Positions 21,510-31,187 of a DNA stretch of 64,000 bases are shown here, piece after piece (the stretch's first letter is position 1; the number at the start of each line of letters is the position of its first letter). The notes under the pieces were generated by a model that searched no databases, was not told the origin of the DNA, and saw only the letters and a program-made list of their open reading frames with translations. The translations under genes were made by a program, and so were the position numbers. The DNA is taken from positions 320,001-384,000 of the forward strand of contig CAVXWP010000016.1 of assembly GCA_963765495.1 (NCBI GenBank). The letters are read 5' to 3'. The DNA is from Blastocatellia bacterium. Its GTDB lineage: Bacteria > Acidobacteriota > Blastocatellia > UBA7656.

Positions 21510-22466
21510 TCAGCAGATAGTATCGTTCGGGCACTCCCTGTGCCGTGCGGCAGGTTTATACTGCCCCATTACGATCCCGAAAAGGATAAACCCAGCGCCA
21601 AGTATCACGGGCATTCTGAGGGGCTCGCCCAGGATAAAGGTCGCAAGCGTGAGGCTCACGATAAGCTCGAATGTGCCGATCTGCGAGGCTTCGGCGCTGC
21701 CGAGTTTCTCAAGCCCCGAAAAGAAAGAGAGCAATGCCACGACGGTCGAGATAATCGCTATCGAAAAGACCATCAGCCAGCCCCAGGTAGTCACCCCGTG
21801 CAGTTGGGAAATCACCGGGCCGCCCATGAACCAGAACCCGATTGCGGCAAAACTGGTCACATAGAGCGCGACTGTCTGAGGCCGGAGGTTTTGCAGCAAC
21901 CGGCGGCTTGCGACTACATAGGCCGCATACCAGGCGGCTCCCCCAAGGGCCAGCAACATCCCCACGGTCAGGTTTCCGGCTGTCGCGCCTAATGCGCCCA
22001 ACGAGATTCCAACCAGTATCACCGCGCCGCCGAGCATCAGTTGCGCATCAGGCCGTTTGCGGCTCACAGCCCATTCCAGAACCATCGCAAAGACCGGATA
22101 GCTGAAAAAGAGCATACCCGCGATTGAAGCCGGGGTGGTTTCAAAAGCCTTGAAGACCAGGCTTGAAAATATGCCGTAACCCGCAAGCCCAAGCGCCGCA
22201 CACGTAGCCAGTTCCTTTCGACCTATGCGAACCACGTCGCGCTTGAAGATTGAAAAATATGTCCACAGCGCAATCGCCGCCACAAGAAATCTCAGCGCCA
22301 GAAGCATGGGCGCGTGGACCCCCTCGGCATAAGCGAATTTGGCAAATGTGCTGATCGCGCCAAACGACAGCGCGGAAAGCAATACCTGCGCCCGGCCCAC
22401 AAATCGCTCATTTGAGCCGAGTGACAGTATATTCTCTGTTTTGTTTAAGATTGTTTCTCTCATCAA
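21510..22466 (-). CDS. DMT/EamA-family transporter
   Basis: About 10 TM helices; two EamA repeats; FILGEPL motif. Confidence 0.9.
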   Translation of the reverse strand: MMRETILNKTENILSLGSNERFVGRAQVLLSALSFGAISTFAKFAYAEGVHAPMLLALRFLVAAIALWTYFSIFKRDVVRIGRKELATCAALGLAGYGIFSSLVFKAFETTPASIAGMLFFSYPVFAMVLEWAVSRKRPDAQLMLGGAVILVGISLGALGATAGNLTVGMLLALGGAAWYAAYVVASRRLLQNLRPQTVALYVTSFAAIGFWFMGGPVISQLHGVTTWGWLMVFSIAIISTVVALLSFFSGLEKLGSAEASQIGTFELIVSLTLATFILGEPLRMPVILGAGFILFGIVMGQYKPAARHRECPNDTIC

Positions 22467-22552
22467 ATTTTCCCCTTCTCGTTACAGGTAGTATTTTCAG
22501 GCAAGCCGTCACACCCGACAACGGGCGAAGGAACCAGCCCGGAGACATATTT

Positions 22553-22569
22553 TTGTGCCGGTGGCACAA
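22553..22569. promoter_or_regulatory. Putative PucR-family operator
   Basis: Perfect inverted repeat TTGTGCC-GGT-GGCACAA between the PucR-family gene and eamA. Confidence 0.65.
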
Positions 22570-22607
22570 GCCGGTTAAATGTTTATAAATAAGGGGTTAA
22601 ATTGATT

Positions 22608-23792
22608 TCAGGCGGTAATTCGGTTACGCGCCTCGCGCAGTTTTCGCACCCTGAAGGCCAGTTGGAGGTTTAGGCGGACTTCCGGGTTGTCGAGGTCACG
22701 ACCAAGCAGGCTTGTTATGTGTTCGAGCTGATAAGTGATCGTGTTGCGATGCAATTCGAGCTTTCGCGCCGTGGCGCGCAGGTTTCCGTTTAATTCCAGA
22801 AATGTTTCAAGCGTGGTCATCCAGTCGGTCTGCTGTTCGCGGTCGTGACGGATGAGAGCGTTCAAAAAATAATCCTCAAATCGGTCAAGCTCGCCCTGAT
22901 CCTCTATGCGGAGCAACAATTGCCAGACTCCCAGATCGTTATGGTGCGAAACCACTCTGCCGTCGTCTGTGAGGCTCGAAATGAATAGCGCCTCCTGAGC
23001 TTCGCGATAGCTCTTCGGAAAATCCGAAAGCTTTCTTGCCAGCCGGCCTACGCCTACGCGGAGACGATGCCCGGATGCGCCTTCAAGAGACTCTTCAAGC
23101 GCCCGCGAGAATGGAACCGCTGATTGTTCGTCGAAGCCGAGCGGGAAAATAGCCAGAACCCAGTTTGGCTTTGCGCTTATCATAGCCCGGCGCGGCGCGC
23201 GGTTGAGCAATGATGTGATGTTGCGGGCATCCTCTTCGGTCAGTTTTTGCGCGACATCCGCTCCGGCCTGTTGCGCAAGGACCAGCGCGTGATGCTGGTC
23301 AAGCTTCAATCCAAGCTCGCTCAGCCGCGCGCTCACTTCATCGCTTTCGGGCAGATTGCCTGCAAGCAACGCATCTATCAGATAATCTCTTTCCGCGCCC
23401 GGAGACTTCGCCGCCATTCGCCTGAGTATCGCCTCAGTCACCTCGACAAATGCGGTCGTACGCGGGAGTTCGACAAGCGGCAGGTTGTACTGGTCGGCTA
23501 TCGAGCGCATTTCGGGGGTGGTCTGCGGCAGATATTCTTCTATGGTAACAAAGACGGCGGCGACCTTTTTTTCAACCGCCTCGCGCATATACTTTATCTG
23601 CGCCTCGGTGTTGCCATAGATACCCAGACCGGATGTTATCAGCACTTCTCCGCCCTTGACCCACTCGGCCACATCAGGATGATCTATGATGTGCATCCAG
23701 CGAATAGGGTTATCCAGCCCGCCCGCGCCTGCCACAACCTTCGCGTCTTTCAGCACGTTTAACGCCAGCGCCTCTCTAACGGTCAAACTCAT
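22608..23792 (-). CDS. PucR-family transcriptional regulator
   Basis: N-terminal VVAGAGGLDNPIRW...GGEVLITSG ligand domain; C-terminal HTH LHRNTITYQL. Confidence 0.93.
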   Translation of the reverse strand: MSLTVREALALNVLKDAKVVAGAGGLDNPIRWMHIIDHPDVAEWVKGGEVLITSGLGIYGNTEAQIKYMREAVEKKVAAVFVTIEEYLPQTTPEMRSIADQYNLPLVELPRTTAFVEVTEAILRRMAAKSPGAERDYLIDALLAGNLPESDEVSARLSELGLKLDQHHALVLAQQAGADVAQKLTEEDARNITSLLNRAPRRAMISAKPNWVLAIFPLGFDEQSAVPFSRALEESLEGASGHRLRVGVGRLARKLSDFPKSYREAQEALFISSLTDDGRVVSHHNDLGVWQLLLRIEDQGELDRFEDYFLNALIRHDREQQTDWMTTLETFLELNGNLRATARKLELHRNTITYQLEHITSLLGRDLDNPEVRLNLQLAFRVRKLREARNRITA

Positions 23793-23862
23793 GCCGTGTA
23801 TTATGCCTAGCCGCTTGAAGCGGTGACAACATTATTGCAAAGGGAATTTGAACGGTCGTGTG

Positions 23863-24390
23863 TTACCGGATGCGGTCTTTTACCATGAGATACCCATCGT
23901 CGCCGCTAGTGTAGTAACGCGGCATGCGGCGTATGATTTTATAGCCGAGATCGAAATATAGTTTCTGAGCCGCGTCATTCGAGGTGCGGACTTCCAGACG
24001 CACTGTGTTTACGCCCCTGTCTGAAAAGCCTCGCTCGACGGCATGCATCAGGCGGCGGCCGTGGCCGCGACGACGATGATCGGGGCTTACGCCGAGTGCT
24101 ACGACGTGGCCCGTGTTGTCAGGCTCGATCATACCTACTACGAAAGCAATCATCATGCTTGATGGGGTGACAACCTTGTAACAGACCGCCTGGTTGTGCG
24201 AGAGCAGATATCGGATAGTCTCGCGGTCGTAAGCCTCGCCGTCGGAAAAACACCGCTGATCGAGCCGCCAGCATTCGTTAAGGTCGTTGTAGCTCATTAC
24301 CATCACGACATGCTCGGGTATTATCGGCATCTGGGAATCGTTTTGATCGTTTTTGCCTTTTCGTCGTCTAGGCCACATTTCTCGGTCCAT
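23863..24390 (-). CDS. RimI-like GNAT acetyltransferase
   Basis: RRRGHG, LEVRTSN, AQKLY, YY...DG. Confidence 0.88.
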   Translation of the reverse strand: MDREMWPRRRKGKNDQNDSQMPIIPEHVVMVMSYNDLNECWRLDQRCFSDGEAYDRETIRYLLSHNQAVCYKVVTPSSMMIAFVVGMIEPDNTGHVVALGVSPDHRRRGHGRRLMHAVERGFSDRGVNTVRLEVRTSNDAAQKLYFDLGYKIIRRMPRYYTSGDDGYLMVKDRIR

Positions 24391-24585
24391 ACTTCGGAGC
24401 CACTTTGAACTCTGTCAACCATCGAAAACCATAAATAAAAAACCAGAGCATAAGCGTCTGGGAGACGATCCTTCCGTATTATACGACATAATAGCCACAG
24501 GCGCACCAATCGTTTTTTTTCTTCGGTTCCGGCCGAATCACTCACGCTAGACAAAGCCGCGAAAGCACTGATAAAATTTGCAGCT

Positions 24586-25053
24586 TTGAAAACGGACGAA
24601 AAAGACGACCTCCAAATGGTGAACTCGGGCAACAAAATGATGGCCGTCAATCAGGCGGATTTTACAAACCCGGCGGATGTCGAGCGTCGTGTCTGGCGCA
24701 ACATTTTCATCGTGTTAACCGTGGGGGTGCTCGTATCGGCTATCTTTGCAAGATTGAATTTCACGCTCGGGACGGTGCTTGGCGGCGCGCTCGCGCTCTT
24801 CAACTACAAATGGCTGCACGCTTCGCTCCGGGGCATTATGGGCGTGGGAAGCGAAAAGACCCCGCCCGGCACTACCATGAAATTTATTTTTCGCTGGTTT
24901 GTGATCGGGGCGGTGATTTACGCGGCAAGCCAGACGGGTCGTTTCGATTCGGCCGCGATGCTTGCGGCTTTGTTTGCGCCAGCAGTTGCGATAATGATAG
25001 AAGCCTTTTACGTTACTTTTAAAACCATAGCTCAGGATCACGGAGAACGATAA
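24586..25053 (+). CDS. atpI: ATP synthase protein I-like (start may be ATG 24616 or 24637)
   Basis: Four-TM protein immediately upstream of atpB. Confidence 0.75.
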   Translation: MKTDEKDDLQMVNSGNKMMAVNQADFTNPADVERRVWRNIFIVLTVGVLVSAIFARLNFTLGTVLGGALALFNYKWLHASLRGIMGVGSEKTPPGTTMKFIFRWFVIGAVIYAASQTGRFDSAAMLAALFAPAVAIMIEAFYVTFKTIAQDHGER

Positions 25054-25056
25054 CAA

Positions 25057-25947
25057 ATGCTAGCTCTGATTACGGCACTTTTACAGGAAGGGCACGAGGC
25101 AGAAGGCTCGGAACATACGGCCGCGCACGCCGAGCCCTGGATTGTCGAGCAGATCAATCAAATTTTTGGCCCGATTGTGCTCAACATCGAGCGAGCCATA
25201 ATGCCTTCGATTTATGGGCTCTTCGGCAAGCACTGGAGCGAACCCGCGCCTGGCGCGATGGTAATCCCAGAGCAGGTTATCTGGGTCATCCTCTTGATGA
25301 TCGTCTGCACCATAGGCGTTTTATTGCTGCGGGGCCGACTCTCGGTCGATCGCCCCTCCAAAGGACAGCAGGTGCTTGAGGTCGTCGTAGAACAGATCAA
25401 CGATTTGCTTGAACAGGTCATAGGCCCGTACGGCCGCCGTTATTTGCCCGTGATCGGCTCGCTCGCCATCTTCATCCTGATAGGAAACCTGATGGGCCTG
25501 GTGCCGGGGCTCGGGGCGGCGACCGACAATATCAATGTGACGGGCGCGCTCGGCCTCACATCATTTGTTTATTACATCTCGAGCGGGTTTCGTCAGCAGG
25601 GAATCGGTTATCTCAAACACTTCACAGGCGGACTGACGGGCGCGCTGCTGCCGACGCTCGGCATACTTATCTTCTTCGTCGAGATCATTTCCAACAGCGT
25701 GCGCCCGGTTACGCTCTCGCTCCGATTGTTTGTGAACATGTTTGCCGATCATCAGATCGCGGGCGTATTTCTTAACCTCGCGCCGTGGCTGATTCCCATA
25801 TTTACGATTGTGCTGGGCGTTTTCGTATCCTTTGTGCAGACATTCATATTCATAATGCTTTCGATGGTCTACCTGTCGGAGACCGTGCCCCACGAAGAAC
25901 ACGACACCGGAGGGCACGGTCACGAAGCAGTAGCCGAAGCGCATTGA
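25057..25947 (+). CDS. atpB: F0 ATP synthase subunit a
   Basis: NLMGLVPG, RPVTLSLRLFVNM, VQTFIF..LSMVY. Confidence 0.96.
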   Translation: MLALITALLQEGHEAEGSEHTAAHAEPWIVEQINQIFGPIVLNIERAIMPSIYGLFGKHWSEPAPGAMVIPEQVIWVILLMIVCTIGVLLLRGRLSVDRPSKGQQVLEVVVEQINDLLEQVIGPYGRRYLPVIGSLAIFILIGNLMGLVPGLGAATDNINVTGALGLTSFVYYISSGFRQQGIGYLKHFTGGLTGALLPTLGILIFFVEIISNSVRPVTLSLRLFVNMFADHQIAGVFLNLAPWLIPIFTIVLGVFVSFVQTFIFIMLSMVYLSETVPHEEHDTGGHGHEAVAEAH

Positions 25948-26253
25948 GATTTGGCTTTATCCGTACCCGTCGTTTGAAGAGGTTGAGAGCGGGGCCCTTT
26001 CATAGAAGTTGGCAGCACGCGTCGCTGGAGCCTTGCAGTACTAGGAGCAAGCGTATACCGGACTCGTGGAAATAATACTAAGGCTCGACTGTCACACCTC
26101 TTCTTGTCATTAACCTCCGGGCGCGATTTGAGCAAAAATGATCGAGATAATTTATCGAATAATTACTATCTCGTTCGGCCTTGCTCAAAGTCGGCAGCCC
26201 GCATAACGCAAAGGTCGGCTTCCGACCTGTCAGATATTTGAGGAGGAACAGTT

Positions 26254-26577
26254 ATGTTCAGAGTCAAAATGTTTTTGATGTCGGCGATGATGATGTTGCT
26301 CGTCGTCGCGACCGCGTCGGCACAGACAGAAGGCGGAGCCGCCACGAGCGGCGGCGGCTCGTGGTTTATACCTAACGACATCGCGTTTGCCGTGGCGATT
26401 GCCGCCTTTGGCGGGGCGCTCGGCGATGGTAAGGCAATTGCCGCGGCTTGCGAAGGCACTGCGCGCAATCCCGGCGCTGGCGGACGTATTTTCACGATGC
26501 TGCTTCTGGGCCTCGCGCTTATCGAAACGCTCGTGCTCTTTACGTTCCTGACGCTGTTTATCAAGCCGGCCCGCTAA
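26254..26577 (+). CDS. atpE: F0 ATP synthase subunit c with N-terminal signal-like extension
   Basis: ARNP loop, LALIET essential Glu; RBS GAGGAGG. Confidence 0.95.
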   Translation: MFRVKMFLMSAMMMLLVVATASAQTEGGAATSGGGSWFIPNDIAFAVAIAAFGGALGDGKAIAAACEGTARNPGAGGRIFTMLLLGLALIETLVLFTFLTLFIKPAR

Positions 26578-26601
26578 GTCTCCGGCGTAGGGAACTCGCA
26601 A

Positions 26602-26633
26602 AGGGAGGCTTCCGGGCCTCCCTTCTTATTTTT
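26602..26633 (+). terminator. Intrinsic terminator after atpE
   Basis: AGGGAGGC-N6-GCCTCCCT followed by TCTTATTTTT. Confidence 0.75.
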
Positions 26634-26691
26634 ATCCGGTGGCGATAAACTATCTGGTGAGTTTTATAAAATCCTCGATGGAGGCGCTGCT

Positions 26692-28218
26692 ATGCAATCA
26701 TTTCAAAACAGCATGATCGAGTTGATCACGACGACCTCAACCAACCTGCCCCCGGATGTGCGGCAGGCGATGGCCCGCGCGGTAGGCGAAGAGTCTGCCG
26801 GGTCGCGCGCGGGGACGGCGCTTGCGGTCATCGCAACAAATATTGATATGGCCTGTGACACGGAAGGCCCGATCTGCCAGGACACCGGAATGCCTACCTT
26901 TGAGATCAAGACCCCGGTGGGCGCAAATCAGATCGTGATGGAGCGCGAGATACGCGAGGCCATAACCGAAGCCACCCGACGCGGCAAGCTGCGACCCAAT
27001 TCGGTCGATTCGATCACAGGCGAAAACTCGGGCAATAATCTCGGACCCGGCACGCCCGTCATCCATTTTCATCAGTGGGAGAACGATGATGAAATCGAAG
27101 TAAAACTGCTGCTCAAAGGCGGCGGATGCGAAAACAAAAACATCCAGTACGCTCTGCCCGCCGAACTTCCTCATCTTGGACGCGCGGGCCGCGACCTCGA
27201 CGGTGTTCGCAAGTGCATACTCCACGCCGTGTGGCAGGCTCAGGGACAGGGGTGCAGCGCGGGCGCTATCGGCGTATCGATCGGCGGGGACCGAACATCC
27301 GGCTACCAGCACGCCAAAGAGCAACTCTTTCGCACGCTCGACGACACAAATCCCGATCCCCGTCTCGCCGAACTCGAAGATTACGTTATGCAGGCGGCCA
27401 ACACGCTCCAGATCGGCACCATGGGGTTTGGCGGCGGCGTGACCCTGATAGGCTGCAAAATCGGCGCGCTCAATCGCCTGCCCGCAAGCTTCTTTGTATC
27501 CGTAGCCTATGATTGCTGGGCTTTCAGACGTCTCGGCGTGATCCTGGATCGAAAGACGGGCGAGATCAAAAGATGGCTCTACCGCGACGAAGCCAAAGCG
27601 ACGACGGCGATGTCTTCGGGCGAAGGATTTCGATTAACCGGAAATGAAAAGCCGCTCACTGCGCCGATAACCGAAGAGCAGATTCGCTCGCTCAAGGTAG
27701 GCGATGTCGTGCTCATATCAGGCGAGATGTATACGGGACGCGACGCCGTGCATTCGTATCTGATGAAGCACGAACCGCCGGTCAATCTGGACGGATCAGT
27801 GCTCTATCACTGCGGCCCTGTGGTGATGAAAAATAACGGGAGTTACAAGATCACCGCCGCAGGCCCCACGACCAGCATCCGGGAAGAACCATATCAAGCA
27901 GACATCATAAAGCGATACGGCATCCGCGCCGTGATGGGCAAAGGAGGCATGGGCAAGCGCACGCTCGAAGGGATGAAGGAAGCGGGCGCGGTCTATTTAA
28001 ACGCCATAGGCGGGGCGGCGCAATATTATGCCCGATGCATAGAAGAAGTGCTCGACGTAAACCTCCTGGAGTTCGGCATCCCGGAGGCGATGTGGCATCT
28101 GCGCGTGAAAGACTTCCCTGCCATCGTCACAATGGACTCACACGGCAACTCGCTGCACGCAGATGTAGAGCAGGCCTCTTCCGTCATGCTTGCGCGGCTG
28201 GCCGAAACCGTATTTTGA
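26692..28218 (+). CDS. Class I (Fe-S) fumarate hydratase, fused alpha/beta
   Basis: PICQDTG, KGGGCEN, TGRD, YHCGP, AGPTTSIR, GKGG. Confidence 0.95.
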   Translation: MQSFQNSMIELITTTSTNLPPDVRQAMARAVGEESAGSRAGTALAVIATNIDMACDTEGPICQDTGMPTFEIKTPVGANQIVMEREIREAITEATRRGKLRPNSVDSITGENSGNNLGPGTPVIHFHQWENDDEIEVKLLLKGGGCENKNIQYALPAELPHLGRAGRDLDGVRKCILHAVWQAQGQGCSAGAIGVSIGGDRTSGYQHAKEQLFRTLDDTNPDPRLAELEDYVMQAANTLQIGTMGFGGGVTLIGCKIGALNRLPASFFVSVAYDCWAFRRLGVILDRKTGEIKRWLYRDEAKATTAMSSGEGFRLTGNEKPLTAPITEEQIRSLKVGDVVLISGEMYTGRDAVHSYLMKHEPPVNLDGSVLYHCGPVVMKNNGSYKITAAGPTTSIREEPYQADIIKRYGIRAVMGKGGMGKRTLEGMKEAGAVYLNAIGGAAQYYARCIEEVLDVNLLEFGIPEAMWHLRVKDFPAIVTMDSHGNSLHADVEQASSVMLARLAETVF

Positions 28219-28357
28219 GGGATGATCGAAGGGATGAGGGATGAGGGATGAGGGATGAAAAGGACTCTGGGGAAACACTCTGATTAATGCGGTTGAACAT
28301 ATGAGCGAAATCTACCCTGACAGTCCTTTTCATCCCTCATCCCTCATCCCTCAAAAT
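28212..28357. repeat. Heptamer-armed palindromic element, type B (GGGATGA)
   Basis: ATTTTGAGGGATGA..(GGGATGA)x4 AAAGGACT ... AGTCCTTT (TCATCCC)x3 TCAAAAT. Confidence 0.9.
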
Positions 28358-29522
28358 CAAGCGGAGCCTCGCGACCTCGCGCCGTTACTGGCTCGACACC
28401 CGTGATTCGACCGCGCTCCACAATCAGCGCGTGATCGAAATTGTTTACGGTCGGGCAGATGTGGCGGGGCAAAAGGTAAAGCGATCCGCCTATCGAAGGG
28501 ATTAAAGAATCCGTCGCGGCATCTATCGGCACCTCTATTGGCAAATGCTCTTCGCTGGGCTTCAAGGGCATCAGGCCGGATATTCCCAGCACCGTGCAGG
28601 TGGGCACACCGGCATCTGCCGATACCGTCTTGTGGCCCGCATCTATCGTGATGCGATTGGCAGAAGGGCGGCTGACAACCGTGGACACCACCACGGCGGC
28701 GGGGCGATACCCCCAGACAGCAGGCAACTGAGCGAGGCTCGCGCAATCGCCATAGATAATCGTGCCGGGCGATGCGCGATGGATGAATGACGCGGTGGAA
28801 AACTTCGAATAAGAAAGCGTACAGGGGAAAGCGGGCGTTCCAGCCGTGATGACCTCGTCTACACCGATGCCTGATTGCTCTAAGGCAGAGACTATTTCCA
28901 TCAATTGATCGTAGCCTTTATGTGCAGCCGCCTCACGCTCAGGCAGCGCGAGACTCGACAGGTGTCCGTCATAATAATGAAGTCCGCGAAATTCGAGACC
29001 CTGCGATTGAATCGCGTGAGCGAGCAGGATGATCTGATCTATTCGATCCTGCTCTATGCCGGTGCGATCCATGCCGGGATTGATGTCTATAAAGAGCCCG
29101 AACCGGCTCTCTTCCCACGGTTCGATCTGCCCGACATTTTCTACCAGCGCCGATACTCGCGCTTTCGGAAATCGGTCTGCGATCTGACGGGCACGCCGGG
29201 CATTTGCACTCACCAGAGGGTAGGCGATCAAGACATCACCTGCGCCCGCTTCGCACACGGTTGCAAATTCAAGCGTGGTGGAGCATTTGAAATTTCTGAT
29301 GCCGCGCTCAACCAATCTCTGCATAACGCGAATCAATTTGGCCGTCTTGATATGAGGCCGCCAGCGGTCAGCCTCGCCTTTGAGCAATTCGAGCGTGACG
29401 GAGATGTTGGCATCGACTATTTCGGGATAGATGGCCAGGGCAGGAGTTAAGACATTTTCGACATCGGTTATGCAATACGTTTCGAGGTCCAGAGCGCCGA
29501 GCGCAAGTGCAGGAGTAGTCAT
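28344..29522 (-). CDS. D-threonine aldolase/DSD1-like fold-type III PLP enzyme
   Basis: TPAL, RPHIKTAK, GMDRTG, YDGH, DAGHK, SEEH, PRHICPTVN. Confidence 0.92.
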   Translation of the reverse strand: MTTPALALGALDLETYCITDVENVLTPALAIYPEIVDANISVTLELLKGEADRWRPHIKTAKLIRVMQRLVERGIRNFKCSTTLEFATVCEAGAGDVLIAYPLVSANARRARQIADRFPKARVSALVENVGQIEPWEESRFGLFIDINPGMDRTGIEQDRIDQIILLAHAIQSQGLEFRGLHYYDGHLSSLALPEREAAAHKGYDQLMEIVSALEQSGIGVDEVITAGTPAFPCTLSYSKFSTASFIHRASPGTIIYGDCASLAQLPAVWGYRPAAVVVSTVVSRPSANRITIDAGHKTVSADAGVPTCTVLGISGLMPLKPSEEHLPIEVPIDAATDSLIPSIGGSLYLLPRHICPTVNNFDHALIVERGRITGVEPVTARGREAPLDFEG

Positions 29523-29578
29523 TAAATCAGCCCCTCAAAAGATGCTCAAAGCAAGCTGTAAGACAGCCCGCCCGGCTG

Positions 29579-29618
29579 TCACAAATCACAAATCACAAAT
29601 CACAAATCACGAATCACG
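29579..29618. repeat. Single heptamer array (TCACAAA)x4 TCACGAA TCACG
   Basis: Direct tandem repeat overlapping the xerC stop codon. Confidence 0.85.
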
Positions 29619-30558
29619 CCTTCGGATGAGATTTATCATAGACCTCCATCAATTTCTCAAGCGAGACCTGCGTATATATTTGCGTGGTTGACAGCCTCGC
29701 GTGTCCAAGCAGTTCCTGAATCGCGCGCAAATCAGCGCCCGCCGACAGCAGATGCGTGGCAAAGGAATGCCTGAGCGAGTGCGGGCTTATATCCTGAGCC
29801 ATAGCCAGTTCCTGCACATACTTGTCTATCATACGGCCCACGGAGCGCGTAGTGATTCGCGTGCCCTGATAATTCAGAAAGACCGCCATCGGGTCGCGTT
29901 CCTCTTCCGGGGCTTCGACCAGAAGTTCGCCGCGCACGCCGAGGTATTCCTGTAGAGTCTCTTTGGCCGTTGTGCCGAAAGGCACTATACGCTCTTTTCG
30001 CCCTTTGCCGCGCACGCGTATCGATTCGTGTTTGAAGTCTATGTCGTCAAGGTTCATCCCGGCCAGTTCCGAAACCCTCATGCCGGAGGCGTACAAAAGC
30101 TCAAGTATTGCGCGGTCTCGTTTGCCGAGCACGGTTTCGGGATCGGGCGATTCGATGAAGCGAATAACATCTTCTACGGAAAGTACCTTGGGAAGCTTCT
30201 GTTCCAGTCGCGGGCTTGAGACCAGCCGCGCCGGGTTCATCTCTGTGACTTGTTCGCGACACAGAAACTTGAAAAAGGTCCTGAGTGTGGCGAGTTTTCT
30301 CGCAATAGAAGTCTTTTTGCGCTTCTCCTGATAAAGCTTCGCCAGATATTCGCGTATCGTGAGATGATCTATCTGCCGTACGTCTATGTAACGTCGCTCA
30401 CCCGATGCTTGAACGGGGCAGAGATGCTCGTAAAACTGTTCGAGATCACTCATGTAATTGCGCAATGTGTGCTCCGACACGTTGCGCTCATACTTCAGGT
30501 GATCGCGGAAACGGTCGAGATATTCTTGCATGATGAGACTCCCGGGCCGCCTGCTCAT
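29614..30558 (-). CDS. xerC: Tyrosine recombinase XerC
   Basis: [47 protein letters not shown]. Confidence 0.9.
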   Translation of the reverse strand: MSRRPGSLIMQEYLDRFRDHLKYERNVSEHTLRNYMSDLEQFYEHLCPVQASGERRYIDVRQIDHLTIREYLAKLYQEKRKKTSIARKLATLRTFFKFLCREQVTEMNPARLVSSPRLEQKLPKVLSVEDVIRFIESPDPETVLGKRDRAILELLYASGMRVSELAGMNLDDIDFKHESIRVRGKGRKERIVPFGTTAKETLQEYLGVRGELLVEAPEEERDPMAVFLNYQGTRITTRSVGRMIDKYVQELAMAQDISPHSLRHSFATHLLSAGADLRAIQELLGHARLSTTQIYTQVSLEKLMEVYDKSHPKA

Positions 30559-30625
30559 AAAAACGGGGATAGTTCAATTCTATAGCCCCACGCGCTCGCG
30601 TCAAGCGAGAATCTGATTTACCCCT

Positions 30626-30663
30626 CTGAGATCTCAATCTCAAATCTCAAATCTCAGACATCA
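30626..30663. repeat. Heptamer array (TCTCAAA)n
   Basis: TGAGATCTCAATCTCAAATCTCAAATCTCAGA. Confidence 0.65.
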
Positions 30664-31185
30664 TTGGGGCCAGATGCCCGCCGCTCGCCATTGCTCGTCT
30701 ACCTTCGATTCGGCGGCCATTCGTCTGACTTCTTCCGACGGCAAACGGCGACCAAACCGCTCAGAGCGGTCTGCGATTTGATAAGCAGTGGTCGCAAGCA
30801 CCTCTGTAGCCGTGGCGAAATCACGCGGGTCCGCTTTATCAACCGTATCGGCTATCGTGTGATGTACCGGGAAGTATGAGCTTTCGTCTTGAAGCAGAAC
30901 CAGATTGGGCACGCCTTCGGCCATAAACGCCGCGTTATCCGTAGCCGCAAAGGCCGAATGCTCAATCACCGACAGATCGAATTGCGTGAGAGGTTTCATC
31001 AACTGGTTTATCTCTTCATCAAGGTCCGTACGCCCCATCGAAAACCATCCTTGCGGGCGGCCCGCGCCTATGTCCATTATCAGCGCCGCAAGAGTGTGAT
31101 CCATCTCGTTTCGATGACGCGCAACATAGGCCGTCGAGCCCAGCATACCTTCTTCTTCTCGCGTGAAGAGCACAAATGTCTTTGC
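30661..31185 (-). pseudogene. C-terminal half of an M28/M20 peptidase (N-terminal half missing)
   Basis: FVLFTREEEGMLGS, MDIG, TDNAAF, HHTIADTVDK present; no room for the HxD and signal regions before the alr stop. Confidence 0.7.
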
Positions 31186-31187
31186 GG

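Noticed and set aside
29614-30558. Tyrosine recombinase as a prophage or island integrase
   Set aside because: XerC/D-type motifs and HPxA terminus, housekeeping context, and no att repeats or cargo.
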